Source: Candidatus Aminicenantes bacterium | GTDB lineage: Bacteria; Acidobacteriota; Aminicenantia; Aminicenantales; UBA4085 | DNA length: 64,000 nt | NCBI GenBank assembly: GCA_963783665.1 | Contig: CAWANZ010000007.1 | Location: forward strand, 28,793-92,792 | Reading direction: 5' to 3' | Shown: piece by piece, positions 59,983 through 64,000 of the stretch | How the letters are laid out: the number at the start of each line of letters is the position of its first letter | How positions within the stretch are numbered: position 1 is the stretch's first letter | The notes under the pieces: generated by a model | Databases searched by the model: none | Told to the model about the DNA's origin: nothing | The model's input: only the letters and a program-made list of their open reading frames with translations | Position numbers and translations under genes: made by a program

Positions 59983-60380
59983 GCTCTTCCAACTTGTGCG
60001 GGTTGGAGTTTCCGAGAATATGGCGGCCTTCGCTCACGCGTCCGGATCTTAACGGCTTTTCTTGATTGGCCTGCGGCTTCTCTTCGGATAATGCGTATTT
60101 AGAGTCGTGGTGTGTGCCCCGATTCGCAAGGCTCATGTGGGACTTGCCTTGGCTCGTACGGCGAGCGAGGCATCGTCAATGCTAGCATTGGTCATGGAGT
60201 GCTGTCACCTTGGAAGTGAGAGGCAGAGAGCGTAGCGACCGTTGGAGAGAAACCCGATATTGGGTTTTCTCTCCAAGAGGTCCGGCTACCCAATCAGGCA
60301 TCAAGAAAAGCCTAATCCGGACGATGTTCGCTCCGGCCGCCATAACCTCACATCTCTACCCGCACAATATGGAAGAGAGC
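59983..60380 (+). repeat. Foldback intergenic repeat, copy 3 (longest, ~400 nt, unique centre)
   Basis: The left arm is GCTCTTCCAACTTGTGCGGGTTGGAG...GGCCTTCGCTCACGCGTCCGGATCTTAACGGCTTTTCTTGATTGG. The right arm is CCAATCAGGCATCAAGAAAAGCCTAATCCGGACGATGTTCGCTCCGGCCGCC...CTACCCGCACAATATGGAAGAGAGC. Together they form an ~85-90 nt imperfect inverted repeat. The centre contains a second hairpin, GGAGAGAAACCC..GGGTTTTCTCTCC. Confidence 0.75.
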
Positions 60381-60381
60381 T

Positions 60382-61329
60382 TTAAAAAATGATCTTAATT
60401 CCGCAGGCGACCTGGATGAGCGACGGGTCGATCGTCAAACGGGTCGTGTCCCGGTCATATCGGGCGGCCGTCGTGGAGTCGAAATCGAAACCGGAAATTT
60501 CCCCGAAGACGCCGTTATAGACGCCCGGCGTCCAGGTCCAGGCGAAGTTTTTTTTCTGGGAGTAGAAATACCGCCCTTCAACGGTCAGGGCCAGGGATTT
60601 CGAAAGCGGAAGATCGAGGCCGAGGCCGGCCGTCGCTCCGAACGATACCCAGGTCGTGTCCGCAACCGCGACGGGGATAAGGAAAGCATCGGCCTTGTCC
60701 GCTTGGATCAAGGCCGCTCCGCCGCGTACTTCGGCCAGGACGGAGTTAAGGAAAAACGCCGGGCCGGCGGTCACGTAGGCCCGGAGTGCTTTGGCCCCGA
60801 TCTTCACCTCGAATTTATTGAACAGGCAGAAAAATATCGGCACGGCGGTGAGCTCGCCTCGGCCCGTATCGGCGGCCGCGTAAGAAATGCGGGAGGTGCC
60901 CGGGGCGGCGTAGCGGAAGGCGTTTTCGATCTCCAGGTCGGATTTCAGATAGCCGAAACCGGCCTGGAGGCCGATGCCGCTCCGAAGAAAGAACGTTGCC
61001 CCCGCTCCGAAGAAAATGTCGGATTTCGAGGCGGTTTGGATCCGGTTTTCGGCCGTAGCCGCCAGGCCGGCCGCCGACGCCGTTTCGGTATAGTGAATCG
61101 TCGTCAGTTTGGCGATGGGAATTCCCAGGCCGCCGAAAAGCGTGATCTCCACCCGTTCCCAGAGTTTCGGCGGCTTAAAGTCGGCCGTTGCCGGTTGACG
61201 CTTGTCCCGGGAGGGGTCCTGCCCGCTCAGTCGGCCGTAGGCGACGGGAACGGCGGCCGCCCAGACGGCCAGGGCCGCTGCGGCGATGACGAGAGAACGC
61301 CGGCATCTTCTCATGCGCAACCCATCCAA
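60382..61329 (-). CDS. Outer-membrane beta-barrel-like protein
   Basis: Intact 315-aa ORF with signal peptide RRSLVIAAAALAVWAAAVPVAYG. It has alternating-hydrophobic strands and the C-terminus VACGIKIIF. Confidence 0.65.
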   Translation of the reverse strand: MDGLRMRRCRRSLVIAAAALAVWAAAVPVAYGRLSGQDPSRDKRQPATADFKPPKLWERVEITLFGGLGIPIAKLTTIHYTETASAAGLAATAENRIQTASKSDIFFGAGATFFLRSGIGLQAGFGYLKSDLEIENAFRYAAPGTSRISYAAADTGRGELTAVPIFFCLFNKFEVKIGAKALRAYVTAGPAFFLNSVLAEVRGGAALIQADKADAFLIPVAVADTTWVSFGATAGLGLDLPLSKSLALTVEGRYFYSQKKNFAWTWTPGVYNGVFGEISGFDFDSTTAARYDRDTTRLTIDPSLIQVACGIKIIF

Positions 61330-61438
61330 AAATGAAAATATCTTTAAAATCAGACGTCTTTATACCATCTCCGGGGGTTTTCGGGCAACTTGCCGGGAAA
61401 GGGGAAAAGATGTACATTCTCACTTTAGGGAGGATTTC

Positions 61439-62209
61439 ATGAGACGAAACGTTGTCAAAGGCTTGGCGATCGTCCTCCTTGCCGCAGTTTTCGCCGTATC
61501 ATTTGCCGCCGCGGCCAAGGGTCCGAAAATCGTCTTTAAAACGGATAAATGGGATTTTGGAAAAATCAAGCAGGGCAAGGAAGCGGCCTATGAGTTCGCC
61601 TTTAAAAACGAAGGCGACGAAGACCTTCAGATCGGCAATGTCGAGTCCTCCTGCGGCTGCACCGCCGTCCTGGTTTCGAACAAGAAGGTCGCCCCGGGCG
61701 CGGCCGGGGTCATCAAGGTGACCTTCAGCTCCGCCGGGTACGCCGGCGAAGTGATCAAGTACATTTATGTCGAGTCCAACGACCCGTCCAACCGCCGCGC
61801 GCAACTTAAAATCGAGGCGGCCGTGGACGTCCCTCCCCAGCCGAAAATCGACTTGAACCGGTACATGCACGACCAGGGGCTGGTTGTCGAGGGCGAATCC
61901 CTGGAAACCGAGGTCGTCGTCATCAACCGCGGAGAGCTCGAGCTTCAATTCGAGTGCTCCCTGCCGGGGGCGACCTTTGAGGCGAAGGGGAAACCGGCCG
62001 TTTTCCCGATCAAGGTGGCGGCCGGCAAGGAAGCGGAAATCACCGTGAAATTCTCCCTGGCCGGGCGGGTGGGCTATGTCCGGGAATTCATCCTTTTCAA
62101 AACCAACGACCCCCTCCGGACCACGATCTCGATGACCATCAGCGGGTATATTGTAACCAAACTCCAGCTGCAGCAGATTTTCGAGAAATACAAATCGATT
62201 ATTAAGTAA
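61439..62209 (+). CDS. DUF1573 domain-containing secreted protein (two Ig-like DUF1573 units)
   Basis: ATG 61439 follows GGGAGG. A signal peptide is present. The DUF1573 signature reads WDFGKIKQGKEAAYEFAFKNEGDEDLQIGNVESSCGCTAV......PGAAGVIKVTF. Confidence 0.8.
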   Translation: MRRNVVKGLAIVLLAAVFAVSFAAAAKGPKIVFKTDKWDFGKIKQGKEAAYEFAFKNEGDEDLQIGNVESSCGCTAVLVSNKKVAPGAAGVIKVTFSSAGYAGEVIKYIYVESNDPSNRRAQLKIEAAVDVPPQPKIDLNRYMHDQGLVVEGESLETEVVVINRGELELQFECSLPGATFEAKGKPAVFPIKVAAGKEAEITVKFSLAGRVGYVREFILFKTNDPLRTTISMTISGYIVTKLQLQQIFEKYKSIIK

Positions 62210-62253
62210 CTTTTTCTGAGAAAAAAGCGAACGGGGGCGTCTCTTGAGACGCC

Positions 62254-63402
62254 ATGCCGCTTTTCAGGGCTTCTTCCCGGGGAGACCGCCCCTTGACCGG
62301 TCCTCTCTCCCCAAAGGTTGCCTTTCTGGCCCTGAATCTGGCCCTTTGGGACCGGATGGTCTGGATTAAACGGGTCCTATCCCTGTTTTCCGACCCCGTC
62401 GAGGCCTTCCGCATCCCCGTGGGGGAGTGGCCCGCCCTCGGGATTCCGCCTCATATCGCCTCCCGGTTGACCGAATCCGGGCTCCTGGACCGGGCGGTTA
62501 AAGAATTTGACAGGTCCCGGGAGAAAGGATATTCTCTCTTGACTCTTGGGGACGTCGCGTATCCGCCCCTTCTTCGGGAAATATTCGACCCGCCCTGCGT
62601 CCTTTATTGTTACGGGCGGCCGAATGTCCTCGAGAGCCCGGCGGTGGCCGTGGTTGGTTCGCGCCGTCCGACGCCTTATGGTCGGGGAATGGCCGAGCGG
62701 CTGGCTCGGGACCTGGCCGAGCGGGGCGTCACCGTCGCCAGCGGGCTGGCGATCGGGATCGATGCCGCGGCCCACGAAGGCGCCCTCGCCGGAGGGCGGA
62801 CGATCGCGGTCCTCGGATCCGGACTCGACGTGCCCTACCCGAAGTCGAACCGGAAGCTCTTCGACCGGATCGCCGGCAAGGGAGCCGTGATTTCCGAGTT
62901 TCCGCTGGGAACCGAGCCGCTGGCGGCAAATTTTCCCCGGCGGAACCGGATCATCAGCGGCCTCGCCTGGGCCCTGGTTGTGGTCGAAGCGGCCGAAAAG
63001 AGCGGGTCGCTGATTTCGGCCGAATTCGCCCTCGAGCAGGGACGGGAAGTCCTGGCCGTCCCGGGCAACGCGACGTCCGAGCTGAGCCGCGGGGCCAACA
63101 GGCTGATCAAGGAAGGGGCCAAGCTCACGGCGACCTGGGAAGACGTGGCCGAGGAGCTGCCGCCGCCGCTTCGGGAGGCCCTCCTGGCCCAACGGGCGGG
63201 AGAGACGGCGCCTTTGCCGCTTCTTTCCGACGACGAGGCGGCCGTGCGGGAGCTGCTCTCTCCCGATACGCCGGCCCATGTGGACGAGCTGCTGGAACGA
63301 ACGGAGCTTTCGGTAACGGAGCTCCTGACGATATTGCTGGGACTGGAGATCAAAGGCGTCGCCGCCGCGATCCCCGGGAAGCGCTATGTGAGGAGAATGT
63401 GA
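62254..63402 (+). CDS. dprA: DNA-processing protein DprA (Smf)
   Basis: [67 protein letters not shown], then ...[11 protein letters not shown]......[12 protein letters not shown]. The exact start is uncertain because the hairpin 62236..62253 overlaps ATG 62254. Confidence 0.85.
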   Translation: MPLFRASSRGDRPLTGPLSPKVAFLALNLALWDRMVWIKRVLSLFSDPVEAFRIPVGEWPALGIPPHIASRLTESGLLDRAVKEFDRSREKGYSLLTLGDVAYPPLLREIFDPPCVLYCYGRPNVLESPAVAVVGSRRPTPYGRGMAERLARDLAERGVTVASGLAIGIDAAAHEGALAGGRTIAVLGSGLDVPYPKSNRKLFDRIAGKGAVISEFPLGTEPLAANFPRRNRIISGLAWALVVVEAAEKSGSLISAEFALEQGREVLAVPGNATSELSRGANRLIKEGAKLTATWEDVAEELPPPLREALLAQRAGETAPLPLLSDDEAAVRELLSPDTPAHVDELLERTELSVTELLTILLGLEIKGVAAAIPGKRYVRRM

Positions 63403-64000
63403 TGGACAAGGCGTTGTTGATCGTCGAATCGCCGGCCAAGGCCCGGACGATCAATAAATATCTCGGTCCCGGGTACAAGGTGATGGCTTCGATGGGCCAC
63501 GTGCGGGACTTGCCGAAAAGCAAGCTCGGGGTGGACGTCGAGAACAATTTTGAGCCGCAGTACATCATCATCCCCGAGCGCAGCAAGGTCGTCGCCGAGC
63601 TCAAGAAAGCGGGCGAAGAAGCCACGACGATCATTCTGGCAGCCGACCCCGACCGGGAAGGGGAGGCCATTTGCTGGCACTTGAAATCGCTGTTCGACGG
63701 CGAGAAGAAGCCCATCTACCGGGTCCGGCTTCAGGAAATTACCAAACATGCCGTTGAGGAGGCCGTCAAACATATGGGGGATCTCGACCTCCACATGTTC
63801 GAGGCCCAGCAAGCCCGCCGCGTTCTCGACCGGCTCGTGGGCTATAAAATCAGCCCTCTCCTCTGGAAAAAAATCGGCCGGGGCCTCTCCGCCGGCCGCG
63901 TCCAGAGCATTGCTCTCCGGCTGATCGTCGAGCGGGAGCGGGAGCGGCTGGCCTTCACCCCCGAAGAGTACTGGACGATTTTCGCCCACCTGGAAGCCTC
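63402..64000 (+). CDS. topA: DNA topoisomerase I, N-terminal Toprim part (3-prime end outside the window)
   Basis: ATG 63402 overlaps the dprA stop. It reads [38 protein letters not shown]...[16 protein letters not shown]...[37 protein letters not shown]. The plus frame is open to the window end. Confidence 0.92.
   Translation, partial: MDKALLIVESPAKARTINKYLGPGYKVMASMGHVRDLPKSKLGVDVENNFEPQYIIIPERSKVVAELKKAGEEATTIILAADPDREGEAICWHLKSLFDGEKKPIYRVRLQEITKHAVEEAVKHMGDLDLHMFEAQQARRVLDRLVGYKISPLLWKKIGRGLSAGRVQSIALRLIVERERERLAFTPEEYWTIFAHLEA

Overview
GC-rich bacterial chromosome segment. LPS-core genes and outer-membrane beta-barrels indicate a diderm, probably from an uncultured-lineage or long-read metagenome assembly. 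I saw no rRNA, tRNA, CRISPR array, transposase, integrase or phage gene.

Layout:
- 1-27.5 kb: a cluster of very large secreted or surface proteins. It holds two GH-like paralogues, an unknown beta-rich protein, an M6-type metalloprotease, and a roughly 10 kb SBBP / LRR / CarboxypepD_reg giant. Four of them end in the same ~480-520 aa C-terminal module. A histidine kinase / OmpR-type regulator pair and a TolB-propeller/LamG protein interrupt the cluster.
- 27.7-40.8 kb: a polysaccharide (O-antigen/EPS-like) cluster. It contains a radical SAM/SPASM enzyme, glycosyltransferases, a polyprenyl-phosphate sugar transferase, a methyltransferase, a Wzy/O-antigen-ligase-like protein and rfbA-rfbC-rfbB.
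- 41-46.5 kb: an S41 peptidase, a candidate periplasmic thioredoxin-fold selenoprotein (in-frame UGA plus SECIS-like hairpin), and purF.
- 46.5-58.7 kb: three SDR nucleotide-sugar enzymes and an LPS-core block (heptose kinase, PHP phosphoesterase, O-antigen ligase, GT9 heptosyltransferase, Trm112, GT1, WaaP-like kinase, methyltransferase).
- 58.7-64 kb: two OMP-like beta-barrels, a DUF1573 protein, and dprA-topA.

Three copies of a ~250-400 bp foldback (MITE/ERIC-like) repeat sit in intergenic gaps.

Major caveat: many genes are broken by single-base indels that occur in clusters, while neighbouring long genes are intact. For broken genes I report the homology-supported span, so their coordinates are approximate. 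All family assignments come from motif recognition by eye, not from searches.
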